This document shows positions 1 through 8,829 of a stretch of 29,094 nt of DNA, in pieces; the stretch's first letter is position 1, and every line of letters begins with the position of its first letter. The translations under genes and the position numbers were made by a program. The notes under the pieces are model-generated. The model was given only the letters and a program-made list of their open reading frames with translations. It was not told the DNA's origin and ran no database searches. The DNA is from a virus. Taxonomy: Duplodnaviria; Caudoviricetes. Location of the stretch: IMG/VR virus record IMGVR_UViG_3300010235_000002, positions 1-29,094 of that record; one strand, 5' to 3'.

Positions 1-1507
1 GAACCATGCGAAGAGAACTCGAAGAAAGAGAAGTATAATGATAATCACACCAAAAAGAAGAAGAACCAGAATCTGCTGTACCACATAAAATAGGTATAAT
101 ATCACCAAATTCTCCAATAATCATTTCTTTAGTAAATCCACTTACACGTGACTCCAATCCTCTTAACTCATATCCATTATAATTATTATCATTGTAAATT
201 GAAGGATCATTAGCTACATAAACTTTAGAAGTACCACCGTCGATATCTGTCTTTATATCAATATTTATTCCATCTGTGATTTTCCAGATATGACCAAATA
301 GATTTTCTATTCCTCTATATGTAGGTATATTAGTAGTTGTTCGTGTAATTTTAGTAAAATATTCTGTATTTGTTATATTATTTCCTAAAGAATCTTTAAT
401 ACATTTGTATAGATCATTCCCAGAAGAGGTATAATTATTCACATAATATTGTATATCAAGACTAAATATGCCTTGATAATTTTCTAAAGTTTGATCAATT
501 TTAGTAAAATATTCTGTATTTGTTATTTCATTTCCTAAAGAATCTTGAATACATTTATATAAATCATTTCCAGAAGAAACCCAATCATTTACATGATATT
601 GTGTTGTAAGACTAAATTGACCTAAATAAGGTGTTTTCTTACCAGCGTCATATTCAAATGGCATAGTAAATAATTTTATTGCAGTATTATTTCCAGAACT
701 TGCTGTATATCCACAAGGTATAAAAGGATAATAACTGTTAAAGTCGTTCCATTTTGTACTATTAATATTTGTAACACCATCTCCTAATCCTCCTTGTGAA
801 AAACCATTTGCTTCTTTTTGTGCATTAAATGTTTTTTGAGAATTTAATGTAGCATATTCTACAATAAAAAGCCATGCAACATTTTTATACATATTATAAT
901 CCATACAATTCCATTCAGCAGTTGTAGAATTATTCCGTTTTCTTGCGGCTATACGAAGATTAGTTCTATTAATACTAGTAACTGGCATACCAAGTTGAGA
1001 TCTATATGTACCATCCCAAGCTATTTGATTATAACCACCTCTATAATCTACATCTGTATTTTTCACAGAACAAAGTTTTCCTGTACTTCTTTGAATTGAA
1101 GCTTCAAAAGCTGATATATATTGTTTTTTAACTAGATGATAACCATTTAAAGGATATTCAGATAATAAACATTGTCTAATATTTCCCAATGTATTAAATT
1201 TTCTATAATGTTGCGGAATTTCGACCATTACCTGTCCAGAAGCTCCAGATAAATCATTTGCAGACCAGTCATTAGGATTTAAATATTCTGTAACTCTTCC
1301 ATTATCATCAAGAAGACAACCTTTCATTTTACTTTGTATAGGAAGTAATCTATGAAGATCATAGCTTCCTATTCTTTTTAGGTCTGGTGATGCAACAGTA
1401 ACATCCCATTCTACGCCATAGGAATAAAGATAATCTGCTTTATTCATAATCTCCAAGACATCGTTTTCTCTAATTTTATTTAGAAGTTTGTCATATTTCA
1501 TTTTCAT
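1..1507 (-). CDS. Tail/receptor-binding protein with C-type-lectin-like (DGR-target-like) fold; partial, runs off the window start; not in the ORF track
   Basis: Open frame from ATG at 1507 (or 1501) to the edge, about 502 codons: MKMKYDKLL...YSYGVEWD...GQVMVEIP...YISAFEAS...WLFIVEYATLNSQ...YRGIENLFGHIWKITDG...FWCDYHYTSLSSSSLRMV. These motifs are typical of Bacteroidota phage CLec-fold tail proteins. Confidence 0.75.
   Translation of the reverse strand, partial: MKMKYDKLLNKIRENDVLEIMNKADYLYSYGVEWDVTVASPDLKRIGSYDLHRLLPIQSKMKGCLLDDNGRVTEYLNPNDWSANDLSGASGQVMVEIPQHYRKFNTLGNIRQCLLSEYPLNGYHLVKKQYISAFEASIQRSTGKLCSVKNTDVDYRGGYNQIAWDGTYRSQLGMPVTSINRTNLRIAARKRNNSTTAEWNCMDYNMYKNVAWLFIVEYATLNSQKTFNAQKEANGFSQGGLGDGVTNINSTKWNDFNSYYPFIPCGYTASSGNNTAIKLFTMPFEYDAGKKTPYLGQFSLTTQYHVNDWVSSGNDLYKCIQDSLGNEITNTEYFTKIDQTLENYQGIFSLDIQYYVNNYTSSGNDLYKCIKDSLGNNITNTEYFTKITRTTTNIPTYRGIENLFGHIWKITDGINIDIKTDIDGGTSKVYVANDPSIYNDNNYNGYELRGLESRVSGFTKEMIIGEFGDIIPILCGTADSGSSSFWCDYHYTSLSSSSLRMV
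347..624 (-). repeat. Two-copy direct repeat with 150-bp period, encoding CBM5/12-like modules
   Basis: aattttagtaaaatattctgtatttgttat occurs at 347 and 497; each copy encodes FSLxxQYxVNxxxSSGNDLYKCIxDSLGNxITNTEYFTKI. Confidence 0.9.
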
Positions 1508-1513
1508 TTTATA

Positions 1514-1711
1514 TTATTTTAATATAGGATAAATTAAATTATTATGATTTAAATAAATTAAGTTATTTTCTTGTACAAACTCATTTAATAAATCCATGTT
1601 ATCAAATTCCTTGTATTCATAAACTTCCGTATTATAAAAAGGTTTATATTCAGTAACTTCGTTAATACTGTTTATTTCTTTTGTTTCTTTGTCATAAATT
1701 AAATAATACAT
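1514..1711 (-). CDS. Small hypothetical protein (possible fibre assembly factor)
   Basis: 65-aa ORF packed between two tail-module genes on the coding strand, with an A-rich upstream region. Confidence 0.6.
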   Translation of the reverse strand: MYYLIYDKETKEINSINEVTEYKPFYNTEVYEYKEFDNMDLLNEFVQENNLIYLNHNNLIYPILK

Positions 1712-1752
1712 ATTTTTAAGTTTTTAGTTTTTAAATTGTTAAATAATAAATA

Positions 1753-4700
1753 TCAACTTCTCCACCAAGTACCGAAATTTTGAGGAAATCCTGTACCATC
1801 ACCAGTTATATCAGGCATATATATTCCATTTAAAGTTACAGTTACATTCTTAACTTTAACTAAATTCTTTAAATCTATTGCTAATTGCGAAGGTTGAAAA
1901 TTATTTATGTCAGAAAAATCACCCCATATTCCTCCTTGATTAGTATCTGCCATATTTGCATGATTAGCTAAATCAATAGTTTTTTCACCAATCCACGTAA
2001 CTTGTGCTCCTTTATTTAAGACGGAAATAATATTTTCTTTTGTATGTAAAATACCAACATAGTCTATTTGATATTTTATAAAGTTATTAGAAAAATTCCA
2101 CGGAGCATATGTCCATTTTATATTACCCCCAGCTAAATATAAATAAATTATATTACTAGATAATGAACCAGTATAAGTCCATTTAATATTAAGCCCATAT
2201 AAATATAAAAATGCTAAATTGGAAGGCAACGCTCCTTCATATGTCCACTTTATAGTTGTACCTTGTAAATATAAATAAGTTAAATTAGTAGGTAATGCTC
2301 CAACATAAGTCCAATTAATATTGTTTCCATTTAAACATAAATTAGTTAAGTTAGTAGGTAATTCACCAACATATGTCCAATATATATTATAAGACATTAA
2401 CTTTAAATAAGTTAAATTAATTGGTAAAGCCCCATTATATGTCCACTTAATACCGTTTGAGTATAAATGTAAATAAGTAAGATTTGAAGGTAACTCCCCA
2501 GAATATGTCCAATGTATACCTCCACTATTTAAACATAAATGTGTTAAATTTTGAGGTAGTGCCCCAGTATAAGTCCAATGCATAAGACTTTCATTAAATT
2601 CTAAATACGTCAAATTCTCAGGTAAAGATCCTTCATAAATCCAACCAGTATTATTTCCAAACAAATGTAAGTAAACCAAATTATTAGGTAATTCTCCTTC
2701 ATAAATAAAATATATGTTATTCCCTTCTAAATGAAGATGGGTTAGATTAGAAGGTAATTCTTTTTTATATGTCCAATAAACATTATTAAAATGTATATCT
2801 ACTGGATTAGGATACAAAACTCCTGTATATGTCCAATGTATATTATCTCCATATAAATGAAAGTAAGTTAAACTTTCTGGCAAAGCTTCTTCAGATTCCC
2901 AATAAATATTATCTAAATATAAATAAGTAAGATTTGAAGGTAAAGTCCCTATTAAATCAACATTACCTTGTAAATTAATTTTTGTTACATTTCCAAAAAA
3001 GTTTAAATCAATTTTTAATTTATAATTAGAATTATTGTTAAAACAAATATCTTCAGAACCTAATCCTATAACCTTACTTTTGTTACTAATTCTAATTGTA
3101 GATATACTATCTGTTTTAAAATAAATATAGTTTAATCCAGCTGTGTAAGTTTTTTTGCTTTGAGGATTTATAATGCAATTTATGTCATCATATAAATATC
3201 CATAACCTTTTATAGATACTTCCACACTATCGGAAAAATTAAAATATAATGAAGCTGGAGAATTATTATAATCTAATATACTTATATAATTTTCATTCCA
3301 CCATGCACCAAAATTCTCAGGAAATCCTATACCATCATTAGTAGCACTAGGCATAGATACTCCATTTAAAGTTACGATTACATTTTTAACTTTAACTAAA
3401 TTCTTTAAATCTATTGCAACTTGGCTTGGTTGAAAATTTTCAATATTTGAGAAATCTCCCCACATTCCCCCTTGAATAGTATCCACCATAGATTCATTTC
3501 GTTCTCCTAGCCAGATATCTTTACTACTTATCCATGTAATCTTAGATGCTTGATTTAAAACTGAAATTATATTTTCTTGTGTATGTGGTGTTCCAGTATA
3601 TACTGTATACTCACTAAAATTATTTGCAAAGTTCCATGGAATATATTTCCAATGTATATTAATTCCTTCTAACCATAAATAAGTTAAATTTTGTGGTAAA
3701 GCTCCTTCGTAAGTCCAATGAATATTATCTCCTTCTAAACCTATCCATTTTACAATAGAAGACATTGGTCCTTCATAAGTCCAATAAATATTACTTCCAT
3801 TAAAACTAAAAGTATCTAAATTTACAGGCAATACTCCTTCATAAGTCCAATAAATATTTTCACCCCATAAATTCAATAATGTCAGATTTTCAGGTAAAGC
3901 TCCTTCATAAGTCCAATAAATATTATTTCCAAAAAAAGATACAAATGTTAGATTATAAGGTAATGCTCCAGTATATGTCCAATGTATACTATCTCCCCAT
4001 AAACCAACAGCTATTAAATTAGAAGGTAATGCCCCGTTATATGTCCAATATACAGGACTATCATATATATATAAATATTCTAAATTAGTAGGTAATGCAC
4101 CAGTATAAGTCCAATTAATCTTACTTCCTTGTAAATATAAATAAGTTAAATTAGAGGGTAATATATACGTATATGTCCAATTTATATTACCCCCACGCAA
4201 AAATAAATATGTTAAACTTGTAGGTAGTGCTCCATTATAAGTCCATTTAATATTACTTCCATTTAAATAAAGAGATATTAAATTAATAGGTAAACTTCCA
4301 CTATATGTCCAACATATATTATTTCCATAAAAATAAAGATGTGTTAAATCACTTGGTAATGCTCCTATATATGTCCAATTAACAGTACCTAAATGTAAAT
4401 ATGTTAAATTTACTGGTAATTCTCCAGTATATGTCCATTTTACATTATCTAAATATAAATATATTAAGTTAGACGGTAAACTTCCGTTATATGTCCAATC
4501 TATATTATTTAAATGTAAATGAGTTAAATTAATTGGTAATTCTCCTGAATATATCCAATCTACATTATTTAAATATAAATATGTTAGATTTTCTGGTAAA
4601 GCTTCGGTATTTGTCCAGTTTGTATTATCTAAATGTAAATATGTTAAATTAGCAGGTAAAACTCCAAATAAATTTATATTATTTTGTAAATTAATTATTG

Positions 4701-5016
4701 TTAAATTTTCAAAAAGATCTAAGTTAACGGATAACTTATATTCACATAAATCATTGAAATAAATATCTTCAGAACCTAAACCAATAACCTTACTCCCGTC
4801 ATTAATTTTAAGTTTTGAGAAACTATTTGTTTTAAAATAAATATATTTTAATCCTGCTGTATATGTTTTTGCATTTTCTGGATTTACTGTACAATCCTTA
4901 TTATCATATAAATATCCATCACCTTCTAATATTATATCTACACTATCAGAAAAATTAAAACATAATGAAACTGGAGAATTATTATATGACAGGATTAATA
5001 TTTTAGCTTCACTCAT
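1753..5016 (-). CDS. Internally duplicated LRR/FNIP-like solenoid repeat protein, probable virion adhesin/receptor-binding protein
   Basis: Two homologous modules, each with an N-cap (YNNSPxSLxFNFSDSV), a repeat array (LPxNLxxLxLxGxNIxWTYxGx) and a C-cap (GGxWGDFS...IDLKNLVKVKNV...GFPxNFGxWW); located in the tail-fibre cluster. Confidence 0.8.
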   Translation of the reverse strand: MSEAKILILSYNNSPVSLCFNFSDSVDIILEGDGYLYDNKDCTVNPENAKTYTAGLKYIYFKTNSFSKLKINDGSKVIGLGSEDIYFNDLCEYKLSVNLDLFENLTIINLQNNINLFGVLPANLTYLHLDNTNWTNTEALPENLTYLYLNNVDWIYSGELPINLTHLHLNNIDWTYNGSLPSNLIYLYLDNVKWTYTGELPVNLTYLHLGTVNWTYIGALPSDLTHLYFYGNNICWTYSGSLPINLISLYLNGSNIKWTYNGALPTSLTYLFLRGGNINWTYTYILPSNLTYLYLQGSKINWTYTGALPTNLEYLYIYDSPVYWTYNGALPSNLIAVGLWGDSIHWTYTGALPYNLTFVSFFGNNIYWTYEGALPENLTLLNLWGENIYWTYEGVLPVNLDTFSFNGSNIYWTYEGPMSSIVKWIGLEGDNIHWTYEGALPQNLTYLWLEGINIHWKYIPWNFANNFSEYTVYTGTPHTQENIISVLNQASKITWISSKDIWLGERNESMVDTIQGGMWGDFSNIENFQPSQVAIDLKNLVKVKNVIVTLNGVSMPSATNDGIGFPENFGAWWNENYISILDYNNSPASLYFNFSDSVEVSIKGYGYLYDDINCIINPQSKKTYTAGLNYIYFKTDSISTIRISNKSKVIGLGSEDICFNNNSNYKLKIDLNFFGNVTKINLQGNVDLIGTLPSNLTYLYLDNIYWESEEALPESLTYFHLYGDNIHWTYTGVLYPNPVDIHFNNVYWTYKKELPSNLTHLHLEGNNIYFIYEGELPNNLVYLHLFGNNTGWIYEGSLPENLTYLEFNESLMHWTYTGALPQNLTHLCLNSGGIHWTYSGELPSNLTYLHLYSNGIKWTYNGALPINLTYLKLMSYNIYWTYVGELPTNLTNLCLNGNNINWTYVGALPTNLTYLYLQGTTIKWTYEGALPSNLAFLYLYGLNIKWTYTGSLSSNIIYLYLAGGNIKWTYAPWNFSNNFIKYQIDYVGILHTKENIISVLNKGAQVTWIGEKTIDLANHANMADTNQGGIWGDFSDINNFQPSQLAIDLKNLVKVKNVTVTLNGIYMPDITGDGTGFPQNFGTWWRS
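2098..2943 (-). repeat. Coding tandem array 2: 13 units (2x60 bp, 11x66 bp)
   Basis: Counted from the translation; unit lengths sum to 846 bp, matching the coordinates. Confidence 0.9.
3634..4659 (-). repeat. Coding tandem array 1: 16 units (5x60 bp, 11x66 bp)
   Basis: Counted from the translation; the 60-bp period is directly visible at 4381-4660; unit lengths sum to 1026 bp. Confidence 0.9.
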
Positions 5017-5037
5017 TTTATTTTATTTTAATATATC

Positions 5038-7125
5038 TTATGTTTGACTAAAAGAAACTATAACTAAAGATGGTATAGCTGAATCTATGTAAGTAATAAA
5101 AGGTAATCTATCTTGTCCACTTGCATATGAAGTTTCTATTATACATGAAACAGAATCTCCTAATACAGCAATATCTGGAAAAACTCCAATATTTAACAAA
5201 GCACAATTTATAGTAGTATTTTTAAGGATATATAATATATTACCTGTAAATTTATTATTAATAATACATTGAAAAAACGAATGTACATAATTATTACTTA
5301 CTTCGTCAGATAAACTGCTAAATACATTTTGTGCACAACTATAAATAAAGTTATTGCTGAATATATTATCATTAGCTTGTGTTATATGCATACCATATAT
5401 CATATTACCAGATAACTCATATACTTTAATATTAGAATTATCCAAACATCTAATAATGTTACAATCAAATTCTACAGTTTCAATATAATTATTAAAAATT
5501 TCGGTTACAAATGTACCTGAAGATATTTTATTAGATATAGTATTAGTTTTTATCGTATTATTAAAAATACCTCCACACAAAAATACAAGATTAAATAATA
5601 TAGTAGAATTAGATGTAGTTTTATTTACATATATATAATTATCTTTACTTGTTAAAGGATCAAATACATTAAAATCTGCATAAGTATCTGTCTTTACATG
5701 ATTATATATAAAAACTCCATCTGTATTAGCGACATCAGTATACCATGCTAAATATTTACTATCCTCATTAACATAATCTACTAAACCTATCCATGCATAA
5801 GAATTTGCTGTTGGGATATTATTTAAGTTACTATCAACAGAAGATATATATAAGATATTATTATAATTTACAAAATCATTTTTAGCATATGTAACAGCAT
5901 CACTCCAAGCTGGAGCATTTAATATAGACCAACGTCTAAATTTTACTCCTCTAAAATCAAAAGATGCAGTATTATTATTTATAGTATCTTTTCTATAATA
6001 TATTACTCCTTTAAATCCAGTAATAATAGTTTCTTCACCAGGTTCTGCCGATAAACAATCAGAAAAACTACAATCATTTTTCCAATTATCTGGATTCCAG
6101 TCATAATATATAATATCTTGTGGATATACAGTAGATATAGCCAGTTTATTTAAATCATCTATTTTTGTAGCAGTAACAATTAAAGGTTCAGTAGTAGCTG
6201 TATTAATTGCATCTAATAATGTAGTATTTCCATCAGAAAAATAATGTGTAGTTCTAAAATCTGTTATTAAATATCTTGCTCCTGGAATTAACGTTTTTGC
6301 AGTTATTGCAGATATTAAATCAGCATAAGTTATATTAATTAATTGATTTTCTACTGCATCTTCTATTGAATCATCTACATAACTTTTTAATGAAGTATCT
6401 TCTGCTAAAATCTCAGCATCTGTATAATCATTTGCTGAAGTCAGAGTTTCAGATGCTTTAGTATCAGTGTAACTATTTGCCGAAGTCAAAGCTGCAGATA
6501 CTTCAACATCTGTATAATTTTCTGCTACTGTAAGATTTGTTTCAGCTAAACTATATGCATCATCAGCTTTATCACTGGCACTATTAGCAGTACTTACAGC
6601 ATTATCTGCTTTAGTATTAGCTTCATCAGCTATATCTAAGGCATCATCTACTTTAGTATTAGCTTCATTAGCTACACTTACAGCATTATCTGCTTTAGTG
6701 TTAGCTTCATTAGCTATACTTACAACTGAATCTGCTTTAGTGTTAGCTTCATTAGCAGTGTTTACAGCTGAATCTGCTTTAGTATTAGATTCATTAGCAG
6801 TACTTACAGCTGCATCAGCTTTAATATCAGCTGCATCAGCTTTAGTTTTTATAGGTTTTATTCCTTGACTTAATACTAAATTATTATCTGGTGCTGCATC
6901 TACAGTTGGTACTACACCTGCAATAGGAACACTATTTATTATAGGATCAATTAATTCTTTGTGTGTTAATGTTTGTTGTTTATCTACTGTTACTACAGTT
7001 TCTTTAGAAACTTCATCATCAATTTCATTAATACAACTATCAATAAGATTCTCAAAATCTGTTTGAGAAGGTATATCATTATGTTCAAATTTACTTTTTA
7101 AATCTGCTCTATTTAATTTAGCCAT
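5038..7125 (-). CDS. Tail fibre/spike protein (coiled-coil stalk, CBM-like module, C-terminal beta-helix-like region)
   Basis: N-terminal LKSKFxxxDIPSQTDFENLIDS anchor-like motif; 14-aa repeats; AxxYTD trimeric stalk motifs; ITYADL...LIPGARYLITDF domain; WSDAVTYAKNDFVNYNNILY CBM-like motif; N/I-rich C-terminus. Confidence 0.75.
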   Translation of the reverse strand: MAKLNRADLKSKFEHNDIPSQTDFENLIDSCINEIDDEVSKETVVTVDKQQTLTHKELIDPIINSVPIAGVVPTVDAAPDNNLVLSQGIKPIKTKADAADIKADAAVSTANESNTKADSAVNTANEANTKADSVVSIANEANTKADNAVSVANEANTKVDDALDIADEANTKADNAVSTANSASDKADDAYSLAETNLTVAENYTDVEVSAALTSANSYTDTKASETLTSANDYTDAEILAEDTSLKSYVDDSIEDAVENQLINITYADLISAITAKTLIPGARYLITDFRTTHYFSDGNTTLLDAINTATTEPLIVTATKIDDLNKLAISTVYPQDIIYYDWNPDNWKNDCSFSDCLSAEPGEETIITGFKGVIYYRKDTINNNTASFDFRGVKFRRWSILNAPAWSDAVTYAKNDFVNYNNILYISSVDSNLNNIPTANSYAWIGLVDYVNEDSKYLAWYTDVANTDGVFIYNHVKTDTYADFNVFDPLTSKDNYIYVNKTTSNSTILFNLVFLCGGIFNNTIKTNTISNKISSGTFVTEIFNNYIETVEFDCNIIRCLDNSNIKVYELSGNMIYGMHITQANDNIFSNNFIYSCAQNVFSSLSDEVSNNYVHSFFQCIINNKFTGNILYILKNTTINCALLNIGVFPDIAVLGDSVSCIIETSYASGQDRLPFITYIDSAIPSLVIVSFSQT
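6529..6822 (-). repeat. 42-bp coding tandem repeat, about 7 units (KADxAVSxANEANT)
   Basis: tctgctttagtRttagcttcatYagc recurs every 42 bp. Confidence 0.9.
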
Positions 7126-7136
7126 TTCATTTGTAT

Positions 7137-7694
7137 TTAATTATTAATATAAGAACTTCCTATCTGAGTAACACCAACTTGAAATGGATATATACCAATT
7201 GGAGAATGACCTTCAAAATATATATACATCGAATGTTGTAAATTAGTTCTTAATAAATCATTTATAATATTCTTTAAATGAAAACTTTCTTCTATGCTTA
7301 ATGTGTTATCATAAATAACTATCTCTGCTATTGCATCACATAAAGACGAATTATTAAAATATACTCCATTATTACGTATATAACATAAGGTATCTTCAGG
7401 AAATATACCATCACTTTTTACTATCGAACAATCATATTCATAATATTCTAACTTACTTAAACCATTGACTATCAAAACATTAGTATCTTTTTTTATATCA
7501 CATTTTATATATATGGGAGGTTTATAATTTTTTAAAATATCTATAAATTTACTTGCAAGATATAAATTATAATTCCTTTTAAATATACCATTATCTTCCA
7601 TTTTAAGACCATATAATATATTCATATTTAGTATATTTTTGTAAATATCTAACATGTTTTTATAATCATTATATGTATATTTTGTGGGTTTCAT
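7137..7694 (-). CDS. Hypothetical structural/tail protein
   Basis: 185-aa ORF with an ATGA overlap with the holin stop; lies in the tail module. Confidence 0.6.
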   Translation of the reverse strand: MKPTKYTYNDYKNMLDIYKNILNMNILYGLKMEDNGIFKRNYNLYLASKFIDILKNYKPPIYIKCDIKKDTNVLIVNGLSKLEYYEYDCSIVKSDGIFPEDTLCYIRNNGVYFNNSSLCDAIAEIVIYDNTLSIEESFHLKNIINDLLRTNLQHSMYIYFEGHSPIGIYPFQVGVTQIGSSYINN

Positions 7695-8149
7695 TTTGTT
7701 CCGTTAGTAAAAAGTTTATTTACTTCTTTAAATATTTTGGTAAATACTTTTTGTCCAGTTATAAAATCAAAGTTTTCGGTTATACTTTTAAACTCTATTA
7801 ATACAACTAATACTGTAACTATTCTTGTAATATAATAATCTGAACTATGTAATAAAATATCTTCAAATATATAAACTAATAAAATCATTATTAAATAACT
7901 TATTAATTTCTCAAATGTACATCTAAATTTTTTAGTAGAAAATTTCTCTTTATTTCTTATAACATTTTTATATATTCCACTAACTGAATTAATTAATAAA
8001 AATATAAATATTAGATAAAACAATTCTTTAACAGGATATAAAAACGCAATAACTAAAGATAAAACTTTTTCAAAAACAGTTAATACTTTTATATTGCTCA
8101 ATGTACAAATTAAATTACTTCCCATTTTTCCAATTATTGTATTTGTCAT
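7691..8149 (-). CDS. Phage holin (holin family 4-like)
   Basis: Several hydrophobic segments; pattern SG.YK...FSTKK...EKLISY...IEFKSITENF matches the E..SI.EN signature of family 4 holins. Confidence 0.75.
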   Translation of the reverse strand: MTNTIIGKMGSNLICTLSNIKVLTVFEKVLSLVIAFLYPVKELFYLIFIFLLINSVSGIYKNVIRNKEKFSTKKFRCTFEKLISYLIMILLVYIFEDILLHSSDYYITRIVTVLVVLIEFKSITENFDFITGQKVFTKIFKEVNKLFTNGTK

Positions 8150-8156
8150 ATTTATA

Positions 8157-8702
8157 TTATTTTAAAGTTCTATCTATAGCTAATATAATACGTTTGCATT
8201 TGTCATATAATTCTATATAATCTACTTTATTATCTTCAGATGCAAATGAAATAAGTCTATTTATCAATAATTCTAAATCATAATAAGATTCTATTAAATT
8301 TTTTACTTTCGTAGTTAATGGATATTCTGTACGATAAACTTCTCCAATTAGATTAGATATTTTATAATATTCTTCAAGTAATCTATCATATATATATATA
8401 TTATATGAATGAGCATACGTAGCTCCAGCAACCACTGTATATACGGCAGAATATATGTTATCTTCGTAACTACCTATTGTAGAATAAACTAAATCTGAAA
8501 TAGAATGTATAGGAGTATTATATAATAAGTTTATTGTAGTATCATTAATATCTAATTTAGCATTCGTTATATTTATATAATCTGGATTTAATACGCCATA
8601 TCCTGTTGGATTGCTATATCCATAATATCCAGTTATATCTCTATATTCCACTAAATTTCTATTCTGAATATTTGTAATTTTTAACTTTGGAATAAATGAC
8701 AT
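8157..8702 (-). CDS. Putative tail hub/ring structural protein; start more likely ATG at 8702 than TTG at 8723
   Basis: DITGYYGYSNPTGYG motif; follows the auxiliary capsid gene; the track's TTG start overlaps a -7 promoter box. Confidence 0.55.
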   Translation of the reverse strand: MSFIPKLKITNIQNRNLVEYRDITGYYGYSNPTGYGVLNPDYINITNAKLDINDTTINLLYNTPIHSISDLVYSTIGSYEDNIYSAVYTVVAGATYAHSYNIYIYDRLLEEYYKISNLIGEVYRTEYPLTTKVKNLIESYYDLELLINRLISFASEDNKVDYIELYDKCKRIILAIDRTLK

Positions 8703-8720
8703 AACTATAATATTTATTTG

Positions 8721-8754
8721 CAAATATATACTTAAATATATCTAAATCTACAAA
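8721..8754 (-). promoter_or_regulatory. Bacteroidota-type promoter (-7 TATATTTG, possible -33 TTTG)
   Basis: caaatata at 8721-8728 and caaa at 8751-8754 (22-bp spacer); lies just upstream of ATG 8702. Confidence 0.6.
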
Positions 8755-8790
8755 ACAAAACCAATAAAATACATAACAATAATTATTAAT

Positions 8791-8817
8791 AAGAGGGAGT
8801 AATTATAACTCCCTCTT
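8791..8817 (-). terminator. Intergenic hairpin, probable terminator after the auxiliary capsid gene
   Basis: aagagggagt-aattata-actccctctt forms a perfect 10-bp stem; the U-tract is weak. Confidence 0.7.
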
Positions 8818-8829
8818 TATCAAATAATT

